Positions 1 to 11,000 of a DNA stretch of 64,000 nt are shown piece by piece. The translations under genes and the position numbers were made by a program. The notes under the pieces were generated by a model that did no database searches, was not told the DNA's origin, and saw only the letters and a program-made list of their open reading frames with translations. Each line of letters starts with the position of its first letter. Position 1 is the first letter of the stretch. The DNA comes from Mobula hypostoma (Eukaryota). Location: contig NC_086100.1 in NCBI RefSeq assembly GCF_963921235.1, forward strand, positions 200,448,001 through 200,512,000, given 5' to 3'.

Positions 1-1479
1 TGGGACGCCACTAGTCACAACCCTCCAATCTGAATGTACTCCCTCCACCACAACCCTCTGCCTTCTGCAAGCAAGCCAATTCTGAATCCACCTGGCCAAA
101 CTTCCCTGGATCCCATGCCTTCTGACTTTCTGAATAAGCCTACCCTGTGGAACCTTGTCAAATGCCTTACTAAGATCCATGTAGATCACATGCACTGCAC
201 TACCCCCATCTATATGCCTGGTCACCTCCTCAGAGAATTCTATCAGGCTTGTTAGACACTATCTGCCCTTCACAAAACCATGCTGACTGTCCCTGATCAG
301 ACCATGATTCTCTAAATGCCCATAGGTCCTATCTCTAAGAAACTTTTCCAACAGCTTTCCCACCACAGACGTAAGTCTCACTGGTCTATAATTACCTGGA
401 CTATCCTTACTACCTTTTTTGAAAAAGTAGACAACATTCGCCTCCCTCCAATCCTCCGGTACCATTCCCGTGGACAACGAGAACATAAAGATCCTAGCCA
501 GAGGCTCAGCAATCTCTTCCCTCACCTCGTGGAGCAGCCTGGGGAATATTCCGTCAGGCCCCCGGGACTTATCTGTCCTAACGTATTTTAACAACACCTC
601 CTCTCCCTTAATATCAGCATGCTCCAGAACATCAACCTCACTCATATTGTCCTCACCATCATCAAGTTCCCTCTCATTGGTGAATACCGAAGAGAAGTAT
701 TCATTGAGGACCTCGCTCACTTCCACAGCTCCAGGCACATCTTCCCATCTTTATCTCTAATCGGTCCTACCTTCACTCCTGTCATCCTTTTGTTCTTCAC
801 ATAATTGAAGAATGCCTTGGGGTTTTCCTTTACCCTACTCACCAAGGCCTTCTCATGTCCCCTTCTTGTTCTTCTCAGCCCCTTCTTAAGTTCCTTTCTT
901 GCTTCCCTATATTCCTCAATAGACCCATCTGATCTTTGCTTCCTAATCCTCATGTATGCTGCTTTCTTCCACCTGACTAGATTTTCCACCTCACTTGTTC
1001 CTTCACCCTACCATTCTTTATCTTCCTCACCGGGACAAATTTATCCCTAACATCCTGCAAGAGATCCCAAAACATCGACCACATGTCCATAGTACATTTC
1101 CCTGCAAAAACAGCATCCCAATTCACACCCGCAAGTTCTAGCCTTATAGCCTCATAATTTGCCCTTCCCCAATTAAAAATTTTCCTGTCCTCTCTGATTC
1201 TATCCTTTTCCATGATAATTATAAAGGCCAGGGAGCGGTGGTCACTGTCCCCCAAATGCTCACCCACTGAGAGATCTGTGACCAGACCCGGTTCGTTACC
1301 TAATACTAGATCTAGTATGGCATTCCCCCTAGTCCAGCGGTCTCCAACCACCGGGCCGCAAAGCATGTGCGAGGAAACGATATGATTTGCCGATAGGAGT
1401 CAGCTGGACCTTTCCTCATTCCCGGTCACGGCCACTGTTCAGCCATTACGCACGCGACGTCATTACCCGCGCATCATCC

Positions 1480-1797
1480 ATGTCAGCGCGGGAAAGAGAT
1501 CAGCTCCTGGCGCTTGCGAATGACGGCAGGCTGAGAAGTATGTTTGACATAACATCTCTGTCGACATTCTGGATCAAAGTCAAGGCTAAATGTCCTGAGA
1601 TAGCCACGAAAGCACTGAAAACGTTGCTTCCATTTCCAACATTTTTCTGCGAAGCGGAGTTTTCTGCAATGAATACAAGGAAAACTAAATTGCGGAATAG
1701 ACTGGACATAAGAAACCCCCTTCGAGTATCTCTGTCTCCCATCACCCCTCGATAGGACCGTCTTGTTGCTGGGAAACAGCCCCTGGGCTCCCACTGA
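1480..1797 (+). pseudogene. hAT transposase C-terminal dimerisation-domain remnant (ZBED5/SCAND3-like)
   Basis: FWIKVKAKCPEIATKALKTLLPFPTFFCEAEFSAMNTRKTKLRNRLD matches the Buster 'LLPF.T.YLCE.GFS....KTK.RNRL' pattern; in-frame TAG at 1753-1755. Confidence 0.85.
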
Positions 1798-1908
1798 TTC
1801 AGCGATATTGGTGTTTTGCAATAATTTTATATGTTCATACGGGGAAAATATGCGCTGAGTGTTTAATATCCAAACGTTACTTAAAATGTTATGATGCTAT
1901 TGACTTAT

Positions 1909-2100
1909 GTACAATTACAGCACGGAAACAGGCCATCTCTGCCCTTCTAGTCCGTGTCGAACACTACTCTCACCTCGTACCACCGACCTGCACTCAGCCC
2001 ATAACCCTCCATTCCTTTCCTGTCCATATACCTGTACAATTTTTCTTCAAATGATAATATCGAACCTGCTTCTGCCACTTCTACTGGAAGTTCGTTCAAC
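1909..2100 (-). mobile_element. LINE (CR1/L2-like) 3'-end fragment inside the hAT element
   Basis: 'tacagcacggaaacaggcc...gcccttctagtcc...ccctccattcct' resembles the LINE 3' ends at 5660, 16255 and 25255. Confidence 0.6.
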
Positions 2101-2934
2101 ACTTACTTCAAGCTCCACTGATAATTGACTTATCACTATATTCATGCGAGGAAAATATGCGCTTCATGGTCATTGTAGTCTTTTTCGGTGTAAACACAAA
2201 GTATTTGACTGCTCCTCTCGTCCGTTGGCAACCCTACCCCCCCCCCACCCATCTGGGTCGGCCGGTCCGCAAGAATATTGTCAATATTAAACCGGTCCGG
2301 AGTGCAAAAAAAGTTGGGGACCCCTGATCTAAACCCTTGGAACGAATCAGGTGCCAATCAATATTAGGGAAGTTATAGTCACCCATGATAACAACCCTGT
2401 TATTTTTGCACCTTTCCAAAATCTGACTCCCAATCTGCTCCTCTGTATCTCTGCTGCTACCAGGGGGCCTATAGAATACCCCCAGTAGAGTAACTGCTCC
2501 CTTCCTGTTCCTGACTTCCACCCATACGGACTGAAAAGAGGATCCTGCTACATTACCCACCCTTTCTGTAGCTGTAATAGTATCCCTGACCAGTAATGCC
2601 ACCCCTCCTCCCCCTCCCCACCCCCCCATACCTTTTAAAGCTCTGAAATCCAGGAATATTGAGAATCTATTCCTGCCCTGGTGTCAGTCAAGTCTCTGTA
2701 ATGGCCACTACAACATAATTCCATGTATGTATCCAAGCTCTCAGTTCATCACCTTTGTTCCTGATGCTTCTTGCATTGAAGTACATGCACTTTAGCCCTT
2801 CTACCTTACTACCTCTACACCCTTTATTCTGCTTCTCTTTCCTCTAAGCCTCTCTATATGTTAGACCTGGCTTTACTCCATGCACTTCTTTCACTGCTCT
2901 ATTGTTCCAGGTCCCATCCCCCTTGCAAATTAGT

Positions 2935-3870
2935 TTAAACCCTCCGAACCATGCTAGCAAACCTACCTGCAAGGATATTGCTCCCCCTCGAGTTCAGGTG
3001 CAACCCATCCAATCTGTACAGGTCCCACCTTCCCCAGAAGAGATCCCAATGATCCAAAAATCTAAAACCCTGCTCCCTGCACCAACTCCTCAGCCACGCA
3101 TTCAACTGCCATCTCCTCCAATTCTTACCATCACTGTCACGTAGCACTGGCAGCAATCCTGAGAATGTCACCCTAGAGGTCCTGTTCTTCAGTCTTCTGC
3201 CTAGTTCCCAAAACTCACACTTCAGGACCTCATCCCTCTTCCTGCCTATGTCGTTGGTCCCAACATGTATCACGACTTCTGGTTGCTTTCCCTCTCGTAC
3301 CAGGATGTCGTGCACCCGGTCAGAGACATCCCGGACCCTGGCACCCGGGAGGCAACAAAACATGCGGGTGTCCTTCTCACGTCCACAAAATCTCCTGTCT
3401 GCTCCCCTGACTATAGAGTCTCCAATGACGACAGATCTCCTCTTCTCAGTCCCACCCTTCTGCACCACAGGGTCAGACTCAGTGCCAGAGGCCCTGCCAC
3501 CGTGGCTCACACCTGGTCGGTTGTCCCCGCCAACAGTATCCAGGACGGTAAACTTATTATTCAGGGGAATGGCTACAGGGGTGCTCTGCACTACCTGTCT
3601 GCTCACCTTCGCTTTCCCCCCTCTGACTGTCACCCAACAACCTGCTTCTGACAGCCTAGGTGTGACTACCTCCCTGTAGCTCTCATCTATGACTGCCTCA
3701 TTCTCCCTTATGAGTCGACGGTCATCCAGCTGGTGCTCCAGATTCCTTACACGGTCTTCCAGATCGCCCAGCCGTATGCACTTCTGGCAGATGTGACTCT
3801 GCGGGAGAGGGGAATTCCCCCAAAACTGCCACATCTCACATGACAGGCACATCACCGTCTCAGGAGGCAT
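2935..3870 (-). CDS. CR1 ORF1 protein (zinc finger/leucine zipper plus SGNH esterase), open frame of 311 aa
   Basis: ATG at 3870 (MPPETVMCLSC...CQKCIRL), coiled-coil segment, VIGDSIV, CLPGA, HVGTND, DGLHL motifs; no stop codon. Confidence 0.85.
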   Translation of the reverse strand: MPPETVMCLSCEMWQFWGNSPLPQSHICQKCIRLGDLEDRVRNLEHQLDDRRLIRENEAVIDESYREVVTPRLSEAGCWVTVRGGKAKVSRQVVQSTPVAIPLNNKFTVLDTVGGDNRPGVSHGGRASGTESDPVVQKGGTEKRRSVVIGDSIVRGADRRFCGREKDTRMFCCLPGARVRDVSDRVHDILVREGKQPEVVIHVGTNDIGRKRDEVLKCEFWELGRRLKNRTSRVTFSGLLPVLRDSDGKNWRRWQLNAWLRSWCREQGFRFLDHWDLFWGRWDLYRLDGLHLNSRGSNILAGRFASMVRRV

Positions 3871-4199
3871 TGTGAAGACTAACTGCGAGCAAGCTTGTCT
3901 TCCGCCTCTTCTCGTCGAAGCCTCAAAGCTCCACTCCTTCACTGGCCCACTCACTCACTGGCCACTTTCCACAGGTTTGGGCTACCCCTCTGTTCATCTG
4001 TTTGAACTTTTCAAACTGCTTGGTCACCTGACCTTGATTGTCCAATCAGCTGCTTCCTGCTGAGTCTGAGCTATTCAAATCTCGATTGTCTAATCAACGA
4101 CTTTCTGCTGATCTATTCAAATCTCGATTGTCCTGATTGTACAGTCCAACTGCCAAAACTGCCAGAATCTCCCGAGACAACTACACTCATCTATTGAGA

Positions 4200-4450
4200 G
4201 GTTCCTGCAACCAATGATCTCACTATGAGGACTCTTTGTCTTGTTATTTCATACTCTCATTATTTATCGCTATTCATTTGCATTTGCACAGTTTTTTGTC
4301 GTCTGTGCTCTTGCTCTTTTATTGATCCTGTTTACAATTACTATTCTATAGATTTGCTGAGCAGGCCTGCACAGGAAGAATCTCGGGGTTGTATGTGGTG
4401 ACATATACTGTATGTACTCTGATAATAATTTTTACTGTGAAATTTGAAGA
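4200..4450 (+). repeat. Probable 3' end of an unclassified interspersed retroelement
   Basis: T-rich tract ending aagaatctcggggttgtatgtggtgacat...ctctgataataa; recognised by resemblance only, family not assigned. Confidence 0.35.
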
Positions 4451-4583
4451 CATACGGTTCGGTTTAGTGAGTTGAGGACATGGTGACACTTGCAGGCTGC
4501 CCCAGGCTCTGCTGGTAATGGACACAAATGATGCATTTCACTTTGTGTTTTGACGTACACAGGACAAATAAAGCTCATCTTTC

Positions 4584-4589
4584 TTTATT
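4584..4589 (-). promoter_or_regulatory. Candidate polyadenylation signal of the SDR gene
   Basis: TTTATT on + (AATAAA on -), ~310 nt downstream of the stop codon; the first such hexamer seen after the stop. Confidence 0.5.
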
Positions 4590-4606
4590 TTCACAGATCC
4601 ACAGAA

Positions 4607-4840
4607 TGAGGGAAGGGAGGGAAGGGAGGGGAGGGGGAGGGAAAGGGAGGGGAGGGGGAGGGGAGGGGAAGGGAGGGGGAGGGGGAGGGGGGAGGGGAGT
4701 GAAGATGGGAAAGGTTTGGAAAGGGTGGGGGTGAAGATGGGAAAGGTTTGGAGAGGGTAGGGGGGATGTGGACAGGCAGGACGGGGTGGGATGGTGGAAT
4801 GGGGACTATGAGGAAGGTCGGGTGGGGTGGGGTGGGGTGT
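4607..4840. repeat. G-rich low-complexity tract (GGGAG-type) in the presumed 3' UTR
   Basis: Runs of GGGA/GGGGA; a 22-nt direct repeat gtgaagatgggaaaggtttgga at 4699 and 4731. Confidence 0.8.
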
Positions 4841-4895
4841 TGGAAGACATATTGCCCCCCTCATCGTGTGGCTCTGAGCACTTCATGGTCTCCCG

Positions 4896-5099
4896 TTAGT
4901 GTGTCTCTCCCGTACCACCCTCACTGAGGCCGGTCAGTGTGGCGCTGGCTTCCCAGAGTTTCCTGGCCAAGGCTGCATCCTGTGCGGTGGGGCTGGGGAG
5001 GGAGAGGGAGCAGTCGCTGTCGATGTACTTGCCACTGACATCCTCCATCTCCTTGGACAGGGCGCAGTAGATGGAGCTGACGGCTCCCTCCTCTGCAGA
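4896..5099 (-). CDS. SDR last coding exon (SAEEGAVSSIYCA...SGKYIDSDC...ARKLWEASATLTGL...TH*)
   Basis: Acceptor gtattgcag|TCT; TAA stop at 4898-4896; SGKY and LWExS C-terminal motifs of the RDH11/12 group. Confidence 0.92.
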   Translation of the reverse strand, partial: SAEEGAVSSIYCALSKEMEDVSGKYIDSDCSLSLPSPTAQDAALARKLWEASATLTGLSEGGTGETH

Positions 5100-8000
5100 C
5101 TGCAATACACAGACACAGTTAGTGGGAATCCAGGACCCACTGCATCCACCACTACCCCTTCAGATCATAAGACAGAGCAGAATGAGGCCATTCAGCCCAT
5201 TGAGTCTGCTCCACCATTCCATCATGGCTGATTTACTATCCCTCTCAATCCCATTCTCCTGTCTTCTCCCCGTAACCTTTGATGCCCTGACTAATCAAGA
5301 ACCTATCAACCTCCGCTGCAGATACACCCAATGACTTTGCCTCCACAGCTAACCGTGGTAATTAATTCCACAGATTCACCATCCTCTGGCTAAAGAAATT
5401 CACTCTCATCTCTGTTCTATTCCTGGAATCATCCTTATGAACCTCCTCTGGATCTTCTCCAATGCCAGCACATTTTTCTTTGATGAGGGACGCAAAACTG
5501 CTCACTATACTCCAAATGTGATCTGACCAATGGCTTATTAGGCCAGAGGGGCTAGGCATAGAAAGCAGGGATTGGGGGAGGACAGGGAGGAGAGGGTTAG
5601 GGAGGTGGGGATGCAGGGGCTGGAGGAGGAGACACTCAAGCAGCAGAGATATAGATCAACACAGAAATAGGCTCTTCGGCCCATCTAGTCAATGTAGATC
5701 ACGGTGACCACCCAGCTGGTCCCAATTTCTCCCAATTTCCTGCGGTCAGCCCACATCTCTCTAAGGCTTTCCTCTCTATGTACCTATCCAAGTGCTTATT
5801 AAATACTATTGTACCTGTCTCTCCACCTGGGTGGTGGGGTGGAGACACATCTCTACCAAAGGAGGTGTAAGGCTCTCCTTCCCTCTGCTGCCTGCAGGTC
5901 ACCCTTGGGCAAGGTGTAGCACCTTCCCAGCCCCTGATCAGGGCCACGTAAAGCCATGGGAGCAGCTGGTGCATATCGCAAGTCCTGGTTATGCAGCCAC
6001 GGATGCCAGTCAATCTCTGAAGCGTATTGTTAACGGCTGGGGCCATCTGTCTTGTAAAGACACTGCCCAGAAGCAATGGCAAACCACTTCTGTAGAGAAA
6101 TTTACCAAGAACAATCTTGGTCATGGAAAGACCTGATTGCTCACATCATACAACACGGCAAATCACGAAAAAACCTGCTTTAACCACTTCCTCTGGCAGC
6201 TTGTTTTATATACATGCCAATCTTTGCAAAGAAAAGTCGCCCCTTGGGTTCCTTTTAAATCATTCTCCCCTCACCTTTAACCTCTGCCCTCTAGTACTGG
6301 ACTCCCCCAACTTGTGGAAAAGACTGTTAACGTTCCCTTTATCAGTGCCTCTCATATTTTTAAACATTTCTACAAGACATCTCTCACCTTGAAGAAGAAG
6401 AATCCAATCAGGTTGAAGATGATCCTGAAGTGTAGACCGTAGTATCTCATTGCCTCTGTCATCACCACCCCGGGATGGACCGCATTCACAGTCACACCTT
6501 GATTCAAAATCAAACACAGGATGTTCCAAAGCTCTCTCTGTCAGGGTCTCAGTTGATCAGACTACCAACGTCAGAGTCATCCAGGTTATTCCAAAACTCT
6601 GCTTCGACCAGTCAGTCTACCACCATCGGAGTCACCCGGCACAGAACCAGCAGGGTGACTTGGTAGAGGTGTACAATGTGATAAGAGGCAAAGATCAACT
6701 GGACATCCATAGACTTTCCCTCCAGGTGGAACTGACTGACACAACCAGGCATCATTTTAAGGTGATTGCAGGAAAGTATTGTGGCGGGGGGGGGGGGGAT
6801 GTCAAAGGTAGGTTCTTTCCACAGACAGGGGGTGTATAGAATAACCTGCCAGGAGTGGTGGTGAAGGCGGACAGAGGAGGACATTCAAAAGGCTCTTCGA
6901 TCGGCACATAGGTGATAGAAAATGGAGGGTGATGTGGGACAGAAGGGTTAGATTTATCTTAGATTTGGTTAAAAGTTCAGCACATCCAGTTCATTTCAAA
7001 CCATTTAAGCTGCTGACTCCTAATGACCTGCTGGGACCATAGCCTTCCACACCCCTACTATCCATGTAGCTATCCGGACTTCACCTAAACCTTGAAATCA
7101 AGCTCACGTGCACCGCGTGCTGGCAGCTTGTTCCACACGCTCATGATCCTCTACGTGATGATGTTTCCCTGCATCTCCCTCAAACTTTTCACCTTAAAAT
7201 GATGCCTGGTTTGTGAAACGGTGAGGAGTTAGAGGGGGCACATATTTCAGTGTTTCTGTAATAGTGAGGTGTTAGAGGGGTCACCGTATTTCAGTGGTTG
7301 TGTAATGGTGAGGTGTTAGAGGGGGCACTGTATTTCAGTGTTTCTGTAACGGTGAGGGTTTAGAGGGGTCACTCTATTTCAGTGGTTGTGTAACGTTGAG
7401 GGTTTAGAGGGGTCACTGTATTTCAGTGTTTCTGTAACGTTGAGGGGTTAGAGGGGTCACCGTATTTCAGTGGTTGTGTAATGGTGAGGTGTTAGAGGGG
7501 TCACTGTATTTCAGTGTTTCTGTAATGGTGAGGGGTTAGAGGGGGTACTGTATTTCAGTGGTTGTGTAACGTTGAGGGGTTAGAGGGGTCACCGTATTTC
7601 AGTGGTTGTGTAACGTTGAGGGGTTAGAGGGGTCACCGTATTTCAGTGGTTGTGTAATGGTGAGGTGTTAGAGGGGTCACCGTATTTCAGTGGTTGTGTA
7701 ATGGTGAGGTGTTAGAGGGGTCACCGTATTTCAGTGGTTGTGTAATGGTGAGGTGTTAGAGGGGTCACTGTATTTCAGTGGTTGTGTAACGTTGAGGTGT
7801 TAGAGGGGTCACCGTATTTCAGTGGTTGTGTAATGGTGAGGTGTTAGAGGGGTCACTGTATTTCAGTGTTTCTGTAACGTTGAGGGTTTAGAGGGGTCAC
7901 TGTATTTCAGTGGTTGTGTAACGGCGAGGTGTTAGAGGAGGCACTGTATTTCAGTGGTTGTGTAATGGTGAGGTGTTAGAGGGGTCACTGTATTTCAGTG

Positions 8001-11000
8001 GTTGTGTAATGGTGAGGTGTTAGAGGGGTCACTGTATTTCAGTGGTTGTGTAATGGTGAGGTGTTAGAGGGGTCACTGTATTTCAGTGGTTGTGTAATGG
8101 TGAGGGTTTAGAGGGGTCACTGTATTTCAGTGGTTGTGTAATGGTGAGGTGTTAGAGGGGTCACTGTATTTCAGTGTTTCTGTAACGTTGAGGGTTTAGA
8201 GGGGTCACCGTATTTCAGTGGTTCTGTAACGTTGAGGGTTTAGAGGGGTCACTGTATTTCAGTGGTTGTGTAATGGTGAGGAGTTAGAGGGGTCGCTGTA
8301 TTTCAGTGGTTGTGTAATGGTGAGGTGTTAGAGGGGGTACTGTATTTCAGTGGTTGTGTAATGGTGAGGAGTTAGAGGGGTCACCGTATTTCAGTGTTTC
8401 TGTAACGTTGAGGGGTTAGAGGAGTCACTGTATTTCAGTGATTTTTTAACATTATTTCAGCACCTCTGATCTGGGTTCACTTCCATTCGCTATCTATAAG
8501 GAGTTTGTTCGTTCTCCCTGAGAACGGGTGGGGACCCTCCTCGTGCTCAATTTGCTCCATATTCCATTAAGATGCAGAGATTGGGTTCTGGTCTGTGAGT
8601 AGTTGGTATCTCCTGTTGTCACTGGAAGTACGTGCCAGCACTCAGCAAGTGACACATTACACTGTATGTTTCAATATACGTGTGAAAAATAAAGTTAGTC
8701 TCATCTCCATGAAGTGGGATCAAAGGTTGTAGGAGGTTGATGACTAATGCCCCAAGCTGAGCCTGTTTGATTTCATAGGACCCGTGGTTCAGGCTTAGTG
8801 TTGTAGCCATGAACAATTCAGCAGCTTAACTTCAGGAGTAAGAATTCTAAATAGGGACACAGGAGAGGACCTGTCAAAGATAGCGACCATCCCTCTCTCT
8901 GCAGAACTTGCCTGACATGCTGTGTTTCTGCACAGACAGCGAGAATTTTAAATTGATTCACAGGGGCCCTTCAGCCCATCTGGTCAGCATTAACCAACGG
9001 CTGTCCATGAATATTGATTCCACACTCCCCCTCTCCAATCACTGGGGGGCAATTTCCAGCGGGCAATTAATCTGCACATCTTTGCGATGTGTGCTGTTCC
9101 CTGTGACACTGCACTGTGTGAAACGTCAGAGATTTGTGACCTTCCCCTCCCACCCCCGACCCAATCCAAATTTCAGCCTCTCCCTGGATCCACGCAAAAC
9201 CTGCCCCTGTCCATCCTGTACCCTGAGCCGGCCCCCAACCTGTGTGCCGTAGCTGCTTGGAGAGTTCCAGGGTGAAGAGGATATTCATCAGTTTGCTGTT
9301 GTTGTAGAGCTGGTCAAAGAGTCCCAGGTCCTCGCCCCGCAGTTGCCCCAGCTTCACCTCCCCTCGCCTGTGGTTCATGGAGGAGACGTTTACAATCCGG
9401 CTGCTTGGAGACCTCTTCAGCAGACCTGGTCCATAAGACATAGGAGCAGAATTAGGCCATTCGATCCAGCGGGTTTGTTCTGCTAGTCCATCATGGCTGA
9501 TTATTTTCCCACCCAGTACCATGCCTTCTCCCGTAACCTTTGACACCCTGACGAGTCAAGGCCATATCAACTTCCATTTTAAATACACTCAAAGACTTAG
9601 CCACTGCAGCCGTCTGTGGCAATGAATTCCACAGATTCACCATTCTCCAGCTAAAGAAATTCCTTCTCATCTCTCATCTAAATAGATGTCCCTCTATTCT
9701 GAGGCTGTGCCCTCTGGTCTTAGACTCTCCCACTGTTGGAAGCATCCTCTCCATGTCCATTCTAAATTCTATATTCAATAAGTTTTAATGAGATCTTACC
9801 TCAATCTTCTAAACTCCAGCGAGCACCTGACCAGTGCCATCAAAAGTTTGTCTTGTGTTAGCCCTTTCATTCCCAGAATCATTCTCGTAAACCCCCTCTG
9901 GACCCTCTCCAATATCAGCACATCCTTTCTTAGAAAAGGGACCCAAAAATCGGAGGCAGCCTTGCAACAGAACGGCCAGCAATGTCAGGCCAGCGTTTCC
10001 CTGGACAAGTGTGACCATTCTCCTCGACAGACATTGCCTATCGGCCGAGTTCCTCCCTCCGGCATTCTGTGTGTATTGCTTCTCCTGTCCCGCTCATGCT
10101 CACCGGCCACCCCCAGGTCACTGTTACACCCTCCCCTTCTCACTGTGAGCTTATGCCCCTTCAATGCCAACTCCCCTCCCCTGGGGTGGGGCATCAGATG
10201 GGAGTCCCTCACCCGGCAGCAGGCTGGTCAGAAGGAAGAGGCCCAGGGTGGGAGGTGTTTTTGCTGAGGGGGTGTTCTGTCCCTGGACGTGTCTGTTCTG
10301 GGGGGTGTGGGGGTTGTTGGTGAGACTGAGGGGGGAGGGAGGAGTCACAGGACACTCACCCAGCAGCAGGTTGGTCAGCAGGAAGTGGCCCAGATGGTTG
10401 GTGGCGAAGGTCAGCTGCAAGCCCTCGGGAGTGACGGCAGTCGGCAGACCTGGGGGGAGACAGATTGTTGGGTACATCGTCCTTTACATTTCATAACGAA
10501 TCCAGAGCAAGCAGACACAAAATGCTGCAGGAACTCAGCAGGCCAGGCAGCGTCCATGGGGAGGAACAACCAGCTGACGGCTGGGACCCTTTATCAGAAT
10601 GTTCTGGAACCAGTCATCTTGGTGAGAGGGCTGGAGGGCAATGGACTGTCCCAGGAGCAGGGCAGGGGAGGTGCCCCCGGGGTCAGGGAGGAAGCGGGGG
10701 GAGGGAGAGGAGTGAGACGTGGGAGGAGGAGGAGGTGTGGTGTGGGTATCGAGGAGGAGGAGGGGGTAGAGGGAGGGTGGGGAAAAGGCTGGTCTCAGGG
10801 AGGGTGAGCATTTGCCCAGAGGGCAATTGAGGTGTAGTCCATACAGCTTGGGGGGGGGGGGGTGAGGAGGGTGACGGAAACTAACGAGGGCTCCGCACCA
10901 ACGGCAGACCACTGCCTCCCCACGACCCTCCCTGCATCCTCACCCCTCCCTGGGACACTCCACCCTTCCCTCCATGCTGAGCCCCTTGTCCTGGAGACTC

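Larger units (their letters stand above)
1335..2326 (+). mobile_element. Non-autonomous hAT DNA transposon (Buster/Charlie type)
   Basis: Imperfect TIRs: CAGCGGTCTCCAACC at 1335 and AGTTGGGGACCCCTG ending at 2326; both 8-bp flanks fit nnnTAnnn; contains a transposase C-terminal remnant. Confidence 0.88.
1..2795 (-). pseudogene. CR1 ORF2 (APE-RT) of copy A, fragmented
   Basis: ORF pieces 2234-2629, 977-1366, 717-989 and 259-738 in different frames, plus the hAT insertion. Confidence 0.88.
1..4170 (-). mobile_element. CR1-clade LINE (copy A): 5' UTR, ORF1 and disrupted ORF2, running off the left edge; interrupted by a hAT element
   Basis: ORF1 SGNH esterase followed by APE motifs (GGGVALLV, YRPP, MGDYNFP, LDLVL, SDH) and RT N-terminal motifs (GPDGI, NYRPV, SQHGF). 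The 5' boundary is approximate. Confidence 0.92.

Noticed and set aside
7208..8460. Possible CRISPR array (also considered for the 28-bp satellite)
   Set aside because: Head-to-tail repeats with no unique spacers, no cas genes, and a eukaryotic intron context.
9067..9546. 159-aa ORF as a stand-alone gene (likewise ORF 10151-10477)
   Set aside because: Each is an SDR exon extended into intron or LINE sequence; splice sites delimit the homologous part.
10570..10600. Hammerhead ribozyme in the Penelope-like fragment
   Set aside because: The minus strand reads CTGATAA rather than CTGATGA and lacks the GAAA core; at best a dead remnant.
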